Source of the DNA: Macrostomum lignano | Taxonomy: Eukaryota | Direction of reading: 5' to 3' | Assembly (NCBI GenBank): GCA_002269645.1 | Contig: NIVC01003274.1 | Location: forward strand, 62,001-126,000 | DNA: 64,000 bases | Shown here: positions 25,765-38,438 of the stretch, in pieces | How the letters are laid out: every line of letters begins with the position of its first letter | How positions within the stretch are numbered: position 1 is the stretch's first letter | Program-made: the position numbers and the translations under genes | Notes under the pieces: generated by a model | Told to the model about the DNA's origin: nothing | Seen by the model: the letters and a program-made list of their open reading frames with translations, nothing else | The model's database searches: none

Positions 25765-26080
25765 GTTGTAGTTTTAGTGGTTAGGGTTTCAGACTCACGA
25801 CTTGAAGGTTGGGGTTTGATTCCCGATCGGACTGGAACAATTTGTGTCGCTTGATTGAATTTGAATTTTGAATTTGAATTTTGCATTGCTTCATAGTTCA
25901 CCCAGCTGTAAAATGGGTGCCAGCATTACTGGGGTAATTGAGGGTGTGTGGCGACCCCCAGTCCTTGGACTGAACAGCCGTACGCAGCCTTCAGATGCAC
26001 CGCGAAATAGCTGCGGCTGAGCTGTCGGTTGCACATCTGGCCCCATTGGGGCAGGTGTAGTCAATAGTTATTGTTATTAT
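25765..26080 (+). mobile_element. tRNA-derived SINE family 2 with CORE/Meta-like central domain
   Basis: Degenerate A/B boxes (TAGTGGTTAG; GGTTTGATTCC), central TGCATTGCTTCA..TTCACCCAGCTGTAAAATGGG, and a TTA-rich tail. Confidence 0.65.
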
Positions 26081-26873
26081 TTATTTATTACGCAGTTATA
26101 TGTAGTATTCACTGCTATCTGAAGACTTAGCAACTGAATAACTTTTTTCAAGTTTTTGCAAAATCTATTGTACATTCAATTGTATCGTCTAAAACTTTCG
26201 CTGTACTGTAAATAAAAAAATCGTAAAATGGTAAGTTGTACTTGCTTTAGGATTAGATAATTTAGACTCATACCTCGTTTCTGCGGAATCTGAATTTAAA
26301 ATTATAGAGAAGTTGATTTCAGTAGTCCCGAAGGAACATGCACGATCGTCTTTGCAACTATAGAATCATCCTGACGCATCTGAAACTTGTAATTTTAGCT
26401 TCAATATTGCAAACTAGACAGCGCAACGGCGACTATAATCAAATTCATAACTACAAAAAAGCGTACAACCAGAAATTCAGTTTGGGTTGTTCCTGCCTCG
26501 ATGCTGCTTTCGAATTAAAGGTTACATAATGATCTGGCTGTCACAAACAGTAAGCATCTGTGACGGCAAGAAACACTGAACTTCGCTAGCTGCAGGTAAA
26601 TTTAAGGCGTGATAAATTTCTGCCATCCAACAATATTATCAGCTGAAAGCATAATCCAAGCCAAGTTGCTCAACAAGAAACGAAAAAGAATACCAGATGG
26701 ATCACAATCTTGTATGCATTCTGGTGCTGTTACTGAGCTCAAGAATTGCATGCAATGCTCTGCTCTGCACTGATGCAAGTCACGAGAAGGGTCAGCTGAG
26801 TTACTTACTGCCTTTTGAGCCTTTCATTCATGCCTCAGAAAATTTAGCGAATCCTTTGCGATAAATGTTTTAG

Positions 26874-28466
26874 TGACAGTGCAGCTGAGCAGGGCTGACG
26901 TTCTGCGCACCTGGCAACCCAGCGGTGCGCACTGCCGTTGGTGGGAGAGTCGGCAGTGCTGGAGGCGGTGAGCTTGCGAGACCGGGGTGAGTGACGCTGA
27001 CCGACTCATTCTCATGATGCATGATGAGGCAGAGGGAGTTTGAGACACAAAGTGTGAGACAGTGTGAGACCAGCTAGCATCTACGAGCGTAATTAGCACT
27101 CTGAGACAGTGTGAGACCAGCTAGCAGCCAAGCACTCGTGTTGCAGATGGCCAGTGGCGCCAAACACTCGTGTTGCAGATGGCCAGTGGCTCGCAGCAGC
27201 TCCGGTCGGCTCGCCCGTGTCAGCGGTCGGAGCCTCGAGCCTCCCGCTGGAGCTGCAGCTGGAGGATCCGTGCCGCGCCAGCTGGGAGGCCTTCGGCAGC
27301 AGCGACCGCTGGAGGCACCTTGGAAGATCTTACAACAAGGTAGCAATGTTTACCTCGAACCCGTTGTGTATCTTTGCGGGATCGAGTATTTTAATAAAAG
27401 CAAGATCGAGGGAAATTTTTGCTTCAGGGTAAGGTCCGGTACATACTGGTCAGGAGCTGGACGAATGTTCCGCTAAGTTGGAGTGCCATGAAACTGTCAG
27501 GTCTTTTATTAAATTATTAAATCATCCTACTTATAATGGATGCGTTAAATTTTGTGACAATCGAGGCGCAAGACTAGTGAGTTATCTTTTTTAGGACCTT
27601 ATGCTCCACTGAACCTCACCGTGATGAACATTATGCAATGTTGGTTTAAAAACGTGGAAGCCATGAAGGCTGGGACCTTTGCCTGCCTCTTAGTTTCGAG
27701 CTGTCTTAACGGCTCGCTTGGCTGCCTCTTGAAGTATAGCAACGGGTCAACTCATCACCTGAGACAGGTGTGCCAATCTTTTTAAATAGATTTCGAATTG
27801 TCTGGAGCTTTGCTAAATTTTCTTATAAAACTCTCCATCATGGCAGCTGAACAACCAGACGCAGCCTGCAGTGTTCGAACTCAGAGCCACCTCGGCAATG
27901 CACGATGCGACGCTCAGCTGCTTTCTGACAGACTGACCTGCTGAGCGCATTGAGCAGACTATTGGCATTATTCGTGAGAGCGTTTTAATGAGAATGTTTC
28001 TGTTTCAGTTGACCCTGCCAGTCTGTCAGTATCGGTGTCACCCGTGTGGGTCAGCGGCAGCAGCGTTACTGTGAATGTCACATCAGCTCCGGTTTACCCA
28101 GCACTGCATCACAGCTGCAGCATCATTTCTGCCAGCTCTGAGTGGCGTCTGGATGAAAACCGCACAGATGTGAGATGAACTCATGACTTCTCTTTCTGCA
28201 GGACATCCTGTGAGATCAACTGTGCCTGACAATTCTTATCTTTACTGTTACTCATTGTTGACGTTCAAACAACTTCCAGGTAAAAACGGCTGTCGCAAAA
28301 AATGACAAAAATCAGGCACTGGTGGCGGTGGCGTCTCAGTTCAGATTCCAGGTCAGCGCCGAGATGCTGAACGGCACGTTGGAATGCGAGGGCAGATTTA
28401 GAGACCAAGTGAGGGAAACCGTTGCAGTGCAAACCAATGAGCGCTTTTTCATATCAGCAATAAGTG
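26874..28466 (+). pseudogene. Family-1 copy F: truncated pseudogene
   Basis: Exon-2 homolog with a large internal deletion, ~2-unit minisatellite, duplicated acceptor and exon-3 homolog. Ig exon with TGA at 27934-27936 (LSCFLTD*PAERIEQTIGII vs C1 LTCLLPDRPGIRIEQTIGIV). Further exons SVSPVWVSG and FQVSAEMLNGTLEC. No TM or tail exons found. Confidence 0.75.
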
Positions 28467-28670
28467 GTGAGCTTCTTCAGAAAAAAGTTTCCATACTGAA
28501 TGTAGACATAATTGCGTTTTTATTTGCAATTCAGCCGTCTAATTTGGTACCCTTTGATGAACTGCCTGTCTGCAAAAAATTCAAACTCCAAATATTTTCA
28601 AACTGCTATTATCCTTCTAAAACAGAACAGTTGACAGAATTATAGGGTCAATCGTACATTCCAAATGTCC

Positions 28671-28830
28671 GGGTTTGTAGCCTGGTGTTTAGAGCGTCGG
28701 ACTCACAACTTGAAGAACGGGGGTTCGATTCTCGATCGCACTGGAATAATTTCTATCCTTGAGCAATACACTCAACTCTGCATTGCTTCAGTTCACCCAG
28801 CTGTAAAATGGGTGCCAGCATTATGAAAGC
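28671..28830 (+). mobile_element. tRNA-derived SINE family 2, 3'-truncated
   Basis: TAGCCTGGTG A-box-like, GGTTCGATTCT B-box, CCTTGAGCAA...CCCAGCTGTAAAATGGG core. Confidence 0.7.
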
Positions 28831-29443
28831 TTGGGCGTATCTCTATCTGATCCGGCGCAACTGCAGAAGTTACCAACATTTGTAAACAGTAGACAGATTC
28901 TAGGAAAATCAGTGGTCTGCTATAATTAATTATAATCTTGCAATTCTTACATGAATTTTGTCCATCAAAGCAGCCTTTGACTAACTGTGAGGCTAGCAAA
29001 GGCAAGCGTGTCAGAGGTCGCTTTTAAAAGCTAATAAAAGCCATGGATTATTGAATACGCTCGTGCAACGAGAAATTATGATCACTGTGACGTTACACCC
29101 ATCCGCCCAAAAAGCTTCTGAACAATCGCTTGAAAAACCATAGTTTACATGCAAATTCAAGTTTTAGTCACATTTCTGCTTGTAGGACTTGATTTTTGGC
29201 TGTTTTAGATTTTAGTAGTTTTGTAAGAACTTGGAGCCCTAACGCACTTGAAAACCTGCAACCTGCAATCTACCGTAAATACCGAGAAACAACTTTTTTT
29301 AGCATATCGGACTGGCCGAAAGTGCCACAGCGATTCTAATCAGATTTATAACTTGAACCGGAATGTGATGTCTCTCACCAAAGCGTACAACCAGAAACTC
29401 ACCGGCTGGGTCCTTCCTGCGTCGATGCTTCTTCCGAAAGAAA

Positions 29444-29848
29444 GGTCGGATAAAAAGCTCTTAGCATCTCTCTGACTAGTCCGATGTTTTTAACTGACAA
29501 CCGCTGAGACAAGTCGGAAAAGCGTGACTGAATACAGTAACAAGGTCTGATAAAAAGCTCTTAGCATCTCACTCTGACTATTCCGATGTTTTTAACTGAC
29601 AACCACTGAGACAAGTCGGAAAAGCGTGACTGAATACAGTAACAAGGTCTGATAAAAAGCTCTTAGCATCTCACTCTGACTATTCCGATGTTTTTAACTG
29701 ACAACCACTGAGACAAGTCGGAAAAGCGTGACTGAATACAGTAACAAGGTCGGATAAAAAGCTCTTAGCATCTCTCTCTGACTATTCCGATGTTTTTAGC
29801 TGACAACCGCTGAGACAAGTCGGAAAAGCGTGACTGAATACAGTAACA
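29444..29848. repeat. ~100-102-bp tandem repeat, ~4 units
   Basis: GGTCNGATAAAAAGCTC recurs at 29444, 29544, 29646 and 29748. Confidence 0.9.
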
Positions 29849-30377
29849 AAGACAATCCTAACTAGGAAAACCCCACTGCTCCGTATGCTAGACCGAACAG
29901 ATATTGGTATATCCGCAACAGATTGGGAATATACTGGGGATAGGCAATTCATAATAACATCTTCTTTCAAAAGAACTATTTAAATCTAAATTGAATTTCT
30001 CATCTTAAAGTTCCGCAATAATCAAATTTTAATAAAAATTTCACAGCCAGAAAGTGTCTGAGCTAAAAAAACTGTCACCTCTGTCTCTCCGGTCCTGCGA
30101 TAGCAAGTGAGAAGGTAGAGAATTTCTATTCTACTAGTGGCAAGAGATCAGAAACGTGGCAAACTTGCCATGAAAGCATCAAAACACCAGATGGAGTGAA
30201 TGCCAGTACAGTCCATTGCATTGCGATCAGATATGATGGGCTTTTATGCTGCTTGCTGGATGCAACGGAACACGTCATTTAAAATATAAAAGAAGCAGAA
30301 TTAGGTCTGCGATTGTAACTTTAAAACCGGATAGCCAGCAACAGACTCGTAGCAGCAAAGATTTTAATAAAAGACCA

Positions 30378-33300
30378 ATGAAAATTTCGCTTTGGCAGTT
30401 GCTGCCTCTGCTGCTGAGCATGCGAGTTGCTGCATCTTTGGACTGCTCCGCTGTGAATCGCACGGGTGAGTCAGCTGCTTTTAGCGGCAGCTCAAAGTCT
30501 GGCAAGGCAAAGCTGCAAATCCTTTGCGCTAAATGTTCCAGTGTCAGTGCAGCTGAGCAGGGCTGACGTTCTGCGCACCTGGCAACCCAGCGGTGCGCAC
30601 TGCCGTTGGTGGGAGAGTCGGCAGTCAGAGACAAACCGATTCCCTGCTGCTGTGCGGTCCGGGCCTCGGTGGCTTGTGATGCAGCTGAGGCAGCCGATGA
30701 TGCTGGAGGCGGTGAGCGTTCGAGACTGGGGTGAGTGACGCTGACCGACTCATTCTCATGATGCATGATGAGGCAGAGGGAGCCTTGGACCCAAAGTGTG
30801 AGACAGTGTGAGACCAGCTAGCATCTAATTAGCACTCTGAGACAGTGTGAGACCAGCTAGCATCTAATTAGCACTCTGAGACAGTGTGAGACCAGCTAGC
30901 ATCTAATTAGCACTCTGAGACAGTGTGAGACCAGCTAGCATCTAATCAGCACTCTGAGACAGTGTGAGACCAGCTAGCATCTAATTAGCACTCTGAGACA
31001 GTGTGAGATCAGCTAGCATCTAATTAGCACTCTGAGACAGTGTGAGACCAGCTAGCATCTAATTAGCACTCTGAGACAGTGTGAGACCAGCTAGCATCTA
31101 ATTAGCACTCTGAGACAGTGTGAGACCAGCTAGCATCTAATTAGCATCTAATTAGCACTCTGAGACAGTGTGAGACCAGCTAGCATCTAATTAGCACTCT
31201 GAGACAGTGTGAGACCAGCTAGCATCTAATTAGCACTCTGAGACAGTGTGAGACCAGCTAGCATCTAATTAGCACTCTGAGACAGTGTGAGACCAGCTAG
31301 CATCTAATTAGCACTCTGAGACAGTGTGAGACCAGCTAGCATCTAATTATCACTCTGAGAGAGTGTGAGACCAGCTAGCATCTAATTAGCACTCTGAGAC
31401 AGAGTGAGACCAGCTAACATCTAATTAGCACTCTGAGACAGTGTGAGACCAGCTAGCATCTAATTAGCACTCTGAGACAGTGTGAGACCAGCTAGCATCT
31501 AATTAGCACTCTGAGACAGTGTGAGACCAGCTAGCATCTAATTAGCACTCTGAGACAGTGTGAGACCAGCTAGCATCTAATTAGCACTCTGAGACAGTGT
31601 GAGACCAGCTAGCATCTAATTAGCACTCTGAGACAGTGTGAGACCAGCTAGCATCTAATTAGCACTCTGAGACAGTGTGAGACCAGCTAGCAGCCAAGCA
31701 CTCGTGTTGCAGATGGCCAGTGGCTCGCAGCAGCTCCGGTCGGCTCGCCCGTGTCAGCGGTCGGAGCCTCGAGCCTCCCGCTGGAGCTGCAGCTGGAGGA
31801 TCCGTGCGGCGCCAGCTGGGAGGCCTTCGGCAGCAGCGACCGCTGGAGGCCGATCGGACGTGGCGAAGCGGTGAGACAGATGCAGCAAATGTTTGGTTTT
31901 CTTTCCACCTCAAGCCAATCACGTTTCACTCCAGGCTTTGACAACGTTTATCCGGCTACTCAGCGAGAGTTCGCTTGCTTGGCAGGCCATAAATATCTCA
32001 GGAAGGTTGCTCATTTCTCTTTACTAATTTCATTCAGTCTTTTATGTATCGGTGATAAATATTTCCAGGCCGCTATGCCGTAATGCGCATCAACATGAGC
32101 CTGTCCAGTCACCTGCTTTTCCATCGGCTCGGCCTCTTCGTCAGCGAAGACGCTCAACGTTCGACTTCCTTGTTCTTCCTAGACAGCTGAAGCTTCGACA
32201 AGGCCGCCTGCTGGCTTTCCGATTCTTCTGGAAGAATTGTCAGCGCCCCGCTGGTGAGCTTCCATGCTTTCAAGCATGCATTCGATTGTGCATTCAGTAG
32301 GCTAAGAAATTTCTCAACTGTCTTCAGGTTGGCTCATCTTCAGCTGATGCCAATGGGATTCGGACTCACAAGTTCGAGATTAAAACTCTCCCTAATTACC
32401 ACGGCAAGCTTCTGCAGTGCGGCTTGAGCACTTCTCATGGCGCTATTCTGCTTGAGAAGCTGCTGTTGTGGGAAGGTGCTCTTCTTTTGCTTTTCTAAAC
32501 TTACGAGCAGTTAGAATTGCGGATCGTAGCTGGCATTGCTACTGAAGTTTAGGGACAGACTCAGATGTACCCTTGACAGCCTAGTTATCTTAACGCCATG
32601 GTAAATATAATTATTTTTAGTTCCAGTCAAAGTTCTGCACGTCTCACCAGTCCTGGTTGCTGGGCAGCTGGCAAAGCTCAGCGTGTTCTCAGACTCCCTG
32701 CCTGAGGCTCAGCACCGCTGCTCCATCGAGAGGCCGGGGTCGCAGCGAAGAAGACACCTCACTGTTCTCAGCACTGTAACGTCCTGTCGAATTCAAATGC
32801 ATTGCGTACGCATTTCCAGGAAATGAACTTTGATTATTGATTTTCAATTTCAGAGCCAGTCAAAAACAATCGACAGCACGAACAGAATACTCGTCAGAGT
32901 GCGCTCAGGGTTCAGTTTTAATGTATCGATGGCTGATAGAAATGCCGACATCGTGTGCAAAGGAACTGCTGGATCAGAAGGGAAGGACATTGTTGGGTCT
33001 CGAAGTATTTCAGAAATCAGTGGTATGCACATCCGAACTCTTTGGGGAAAACATGATAATAAATCAAAAAATAAAAATAACTTTTTCAGTCTATGCTTCT
33101 ATGCTAAATCAGTCTATGCTTCATCTTTCAGAGCCCTGCGAGACAGCCGTGGACTTGGGACCGGAGAAATTCTGGCTGGCGGGGCAGACCAAGCTGGTTC
33201 AGGTGATCTCTAAGCGCTGCAGCATCTGGAATGTGATCCACAGCTGCTGGCTGAAACTGAATGGTGACGCTGCAGTCAACACGCCGCTTCAGAAAGTGCA

Positions 33301-34875
33301 AGTGAGTGAAAATCACCTTGGGAAAATTTTCAATCAACAAACTTCATTCAAGTCTAGAATATTTCAGCTGTCTTCACCTCTGCACCAATTGTGATTACAG
33401 CAGGGTGAGTTCAACAGTACTCACGAGCTTCGGGTAGTCGAGGCGATGACCCGTCAGAATTGGCAGGTTTTGTGCAGCGTCAGTCAGTCTGGAGTTGAGC
33501 ACACTGACTCAGAGAGCAGTCTGAGCAGTGCACCAGCTGTTTTTAGTGAGTCCTTTTAGCCGATTCGAGTCTGATTATAAAATTTGATGTTGCGACTCAA
33601 TTGAATTGAAAGAAAATCAAAAGTCGAATCTTTCTTGCCATTGAAAAAACCTCAAGGCGAAGCCAGCAAGTCAACGCTTGAACTCGCGTTAGCCTACGTC
33701 GGTAACAGTCAGTCTGAAGTGAGCGTGCATGCAGTTGATCAAAATGAAAACCAAAACGCACTACTTCCGGTCTACAGCATCAACTGCTCAGTTGCGGGGG
33801 ATGAGGCGTCGACAGAGCTGAGCAGCAGCAATAGCAGTAGCACTGAGTGGCGTGCCTTACTGAAACTGAGATGGAACCGCTCATCTGTGAACGTCTGCTG
33901 CTCCAGTTACCAAACTTATGCCGGATTGACTGTCTTTCGGTCTCTGCAGTGCAAATCTTTAACCCAACAGCCCATTGGTAAAGACGGTGAGCAGATGTTT
34001 GTGGTTAGTGATTCACAGTCATCGTCATTAACCGATGAGCAGCATTTGATCGGCTTCTATTAAGAGAATGCCCTAGCTCTGTTGGTAGTCAGCCTTTGGT
34101 GATTTTCTAAGAAACGGAGTGTCCTGTCCCTCTGCCATAGTCGTCTTTGACAGAAGCAGGAAGTTCTCAACTGGAAATACGAGCGTAATTGAAATATGGG
34201 TAGCTAAGATATGTTCTTAACATGACCTAATAGTAGCGCATAATGCTTCCCTGAAAATTGCAGCTCAGTGGGACGATCGCTCGGCAAGGTTTTTCTCGCT
34301 TCTATTGGCTTCTATACTGGCTTCACTAGTTGTGGGCTTCCTTCTGTCTGCAATATACCACAAATCTGGTATGCTTTTTACCTGCGAAAGAAATCCTGTG
34401 AGTCATATTTAAGTCATTTCAAAATTCAATTTAAAATCTGCCAGAAAGTGTTTCACGTCATTATTTCGTACCATTTATGGTGCTGTGTTCATGCATACTC
34501 CATAGATCAAAGTTCATCATGCATATTTTCTTAATGCTTCGACTATGAAATTGCGATTTTTAATTCATCCTTGATACATGGAATGAATCCTGTAAGCTTG
34601 CAAAATTTCAGCCACAGAGAGGTCACACTGGACTTCGAAGTCAGCACAATGCAGGTCAGGCCGTCCCAATGCGAATGCGGAACAACTTCGCAGTGCAAAG
34701 TGACTCACACGGCAGTAGTGAATACGACTACCCAACCACTGAGCAGCCAGGAAGCTGCAAAAATGAACAGTTGGGTAAAGAAGGTGCCTACACACAGGTG
34801 CTGCTGGTTCCTTTACAACAGGGACCACTGAATGAAGGTCGGGTTTACGTCAACCAGACTGAAAATGCTACTTGA
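30378..34875 (+). CDS. Family-1 receptor D: signal peptide, discoidin-like domain, Ig-like domains, TM, Tyr-motif tail; intactness uncertain
   Basis: Exons 30378-30465 (MKISLWQLLPLLLSMRVAAS), 30542-30730, 31713-31870, unresolved exons ~32070-32500, 32621-32775, 32854-33022, 33132-33301 (CSIWNVIHSC), 33401-33545, ~33650-33975, TM 34264-34368 (FFSLLLASILASLVVGFLLSAIY) and tail to 34875 (SEYDYP, AYTQV, VYVN). Phases at exon 3/4 and TM/tail could not be reconciled by eye. Confidence 0.65.
30797..31692. repeat. 39-bp intronic minisatellite, ~23 units (intron 2 of D)
   Basis: Same unit as in C1 and C2. Confidence 0.97.
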
Positions 34876-36540
34876 GTCAGTTGAGCATTAAAGTAAAGAA
34901 CTTGGGAGGCTGTGAGATCTATTTTGACATTGTTGCTTGCCGAGTGCACCAGTGTCCAATATTCAGTTATGCGAGCCATAATTAAACGCTTCAAACCGAG
35001 TCTGACTTGGCAACAAGTCGGTACTGCTATGCTTAATGATGACCAATACTGATTTATCACTGTGTGCACTATTAGCTCTGATTTGTAGATCTTTTTTGGA
35101 AAAAAATTATGTAAACTGAAGCCTCGGGATTCGGAATTGAGAGACAAGGAATCGATATATAATCTAACTGTGGTAAAACGAGTGTTAATTTCACTATTGC
35201 TGTTATGCGTCTTATCATGCATGGCTGCTGGCTGCTTATCATACTCTTCGAAGTTATGCATATAAGCGGCTTGACCAACCTCTCTGCTGCTTTGTCTGCA
35301 GTGGTCAGCTTGGTTTCCGTTCTTGCTTGCAGGAAAACAGAAAAACAGTAGTACAAATTTTTGTGTCTATTAGAAAGTAACTTTTTCAAACGGCCCTTTA
35401 TCTGATGTTATTCGAGTGCTCCCATAACAATAATTAAACTCGATTTTCTTGGTCAAGAATCCAAATATTTCTTTGTTTTGAATTCAAAACTCATTTAACA
35501 GGTTTATTTGTTGATTCTAGCAAACACTTTGAAAAAGTGCCGAAGCGTTTAGAAGTGAAATCTTTAAAGGCCACTCGACCCACTGCATTACAGCGCTGCA
35601 CATCTCGCGCGTGCTTTTACTTGAACGATTGCTCTAACTGTTCTCAATAAATTTGTAGCAAACTGTCTTGAGCCTTTGAGACGCTGAACTGATAGCTGTA
35701 GTTTTTCGTTGCGGTCGGATTCTTCATTGGCAGACTGTAGATCCGGTTTATAGTACTTGTACTGTCAGTAGCAGTGGACCGATTACCTTCTGGGAAATGC
35801 GCTCGTAGCTATGTGCTCCAAAGCAAAATGGGAGGACAGCATCAAAACTCAACAATGGGCTTAATAGCCAAGCAGTATAGGTCATTGGTTGCGTAGCTCG
35901 TACATGTATATACGGTGAACGGGTTATTATTATTATAAACGGACTTATTTTTCGACACAGGAGGGTTGGACAAATCAAGTCCTAATCGAAGGACTTACGA
36001 CAGCCTTAAACATCCTTCGAAGCACTGAGCACGTGATTGCGTAAGGTTTTGTTACTCGTTAAGATTGCTCATTTACAGGTGTGAAACGCTAAGGGCTTTC
36101 GGCAACCTAGTCTACTGTAAGCGTGCGTGATTGATACCATTTTAGGGGATCGATGGTGCGCACAGTATGATGGATTAAAATTCATGCAACGATTATGTCG
36201 GTCTCTAAAGGTCAACTGAATTTTTGATTGCTTATGTGGAGCTAATATTAGTCATATTATATTTTCAGCAGATTTACAAACGCATTTTCTTACCTTTCTG
36301 TTGTCACTGCACTCTACATGGGTTTTTCTTGTGCTTTGGATCGACTCTTATCTCTTTTGCTTAAAAATGTGCAGTATATGCTGAAGCAAAGATTGCAAGG
36401 TAGAATTTTTGTATAAAATACAGAAAAGCCAGACAATGATACTTGATTTAGACAAAAGTAAATTGGTAAAAGCTAACACTAACTAAAATAAAGTGCGGCT
36501 TTTGGATTCAAGTACGTCTACGGACTCGAATCGTTTTGCA

Positions 36541-37477
36541 ATGTCTGATAAGTTAAACAGCGGAAATTTCAAACTGACATTTGCACTTTTGAATCTGCAA
36601 GTCTTCATCTTGTTGTCATTGGTTTCAGAGTATGTAGCAAATAAAACACTTTTTCCAATGTTTCATCCAATTGTACTTAAGAGTTTCTTGTTCCACATTT
36701 CAGACACCATGCCGCAAATCACTATTGTGTGAGCGGACTGACGCTGAGTCTGCGACTCGACGATTTCTACCACAGAGACGAGCTCATCATTCCGCAGCTG
36801 TCAGATGAGTCCGAGCAGAGTTTGATGAAGCGCAGGATCTGTAAGTGGGCCGTCAGAGCGGACTCCAGAAGGAGGGATCTTCAGCTCGTGCTGGAAGGGC
36901 GAACAGCGGGTTTTGGGAAAAACCCTGTCAGTTTAAACATTCGCTACTCACCGGGCTCAAAAGGATGGGCGGCTGTGTCGCCTGGAATGTTTCGAGTATT
37001 TCCGTTGGCAAAAGGGCAAGTCTAATTTTGCTCATGTCATCATTACACTGTTTGCGCAACCTACACAGCTGCATGTAGCAGGCCGTATCATACATATAAA
37101 CGGCATGGCATGCTAAATATAGAGATTTGCTTAAATTTTGTATTGCTTTAATAAATAGACTCGCAAAACGCGTCATACATGCTATTGCTTGCTTCCATAG
37201 CATGATTTCGATTCCATGCAAATTTTTCTTTCCAGAAATCAGTTCAATGTGGAGACAAACTGGGATACGAGATATCAGAATAGAAGCATGTCAAACCTGA
37301 GGATTGTCCTGCCACTTCCCGGGTTCTGCAGCCGGGAAATGCTCAGCTTCAATAGAAAATGCTACGCCGTGAGCTCAGCAAAGCAGAATGCTTCAGCCGC
37401 AATGTCCAGCATTGAAGGCGATGCTCAGCTGGCCAGCTTCTCCAGCATGGCTGAGATCAGCGAGCTCATCGCTGCCA
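36541..37477 (+). pseudogene. Family-2 copy B2: signal peptide + CUB-like + first half of C-type lectin domain, 3'-truncated by a mariner remnant
   Basis: Exons 36541-36629 (MSDK..FALLNLQVFILLSLVS), 36704-37015 (CKWAVRAD..LQLVL; GC donor), 37236-37477 (FCSREMLSFNRKCYAV..LASFSSMAEISELI). Phases 2/2/1 match. No last exon found downstream. Confidence 0.7.
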
Positions 37478-37512
37478 GTGAGTGAGCATCGTCTTAGATT
37501 GCAATGTAGGTT

Positions 37513-38438
37513 ATGATTTCGAAATTCAATGATACTTTTCTCATCATATCAGACACCAAAAAGCTGCAGGAAGACCCACAGCAGTCTGTCAGTGAGCTAG
37601 CGGACTGCTTGGAGATTGATTTCGAGACAGTCCATCGCATCCTGACAGAGGATCTCCATCACCGCAATGTCTGCTCAGTCTGGGTGCCCCGCGACCTCAC
37701 TGCGGAACAGCGGCAGCTTCTTGTGAACTGCCTCAAGCAGATGCGCAAGGTGCTCAGCAGCCGGTGCTTGAATGACATCCTAAATTGCCTGGTTGTTGAG
37801 GATGAAACCTGGCTCCACCTGGATGGCAAGGGCAGCAAGGCAGGCAATCGCTGCTGGCTGGGCGCTGGGGACTCCAGGAGGTCCATCTCAGACAAGAAGA
37901 CCATGCTGCTGGTGGCCTTCAAACAAACGAGTCTCCATCCGCACAACTTCACCAAACACCAACCTCGATGGCCAGTATTTATCGATTTTGTCCTGCACAC
38001 TGCGGACCTCTGGCGCACTCTCCAGTCAAATCAAATTCACCTGGAGTAGGTACTGTGGCAGATGGACAACGCACAGCCGCACACCTGTAAGGCTGCTTCG
38101 GATTTTCTGCCTGGACGGCAAGTGAATCTGCTCTGGCAGTGTCCCTACAGCCTGGACTTCAACTTATGCGACAGATTTCTGTTTAAATTGCTGACGGCTG
38201 ACTTTTCTAAGAGGATTTTTGCAAACCATGAGAGTTCAAACACGTGGCGTTGCACTGGTTCCGGCAGCTGAAGGAAAAACACTGCAGGCTGAGGTGGAGA
38301 AGCTGTATGAGCACTACTGCCAGAGGGCGATTGAGAATGGGGGACTCTGTGTTGCTGAGTGATACAGTTTTGTTTATCTGTGATTGCAAGTTCGTCTGTT
38401 TTCACATCAGTGGCATTACTTATGACACACCCGAAGTA
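37513..38438 (+). mobile_element. Degenerate mariner (Tc1/mariner) transposase remnant, 5'-truncated
   Basis: Motifs WVPRDL (cf. WVPHEL), DETW, DNAQPH and YSLDFNLCD (cf. YSPDLAPxD), with stops/frameshifts. Candidate right TIR TTATGACACACCCGAAG-TA at ~38420-38438; left TIR not found. Confidence 0.88.

Noticed and set aside
35920-36060. Hairpin-rich segment with an (ATA)n tail on the minus strand, possibly a retroelement 3' end or ribozyme
   Set aside because: No catalytic core motif and no second copy in the window; cannot be supported.
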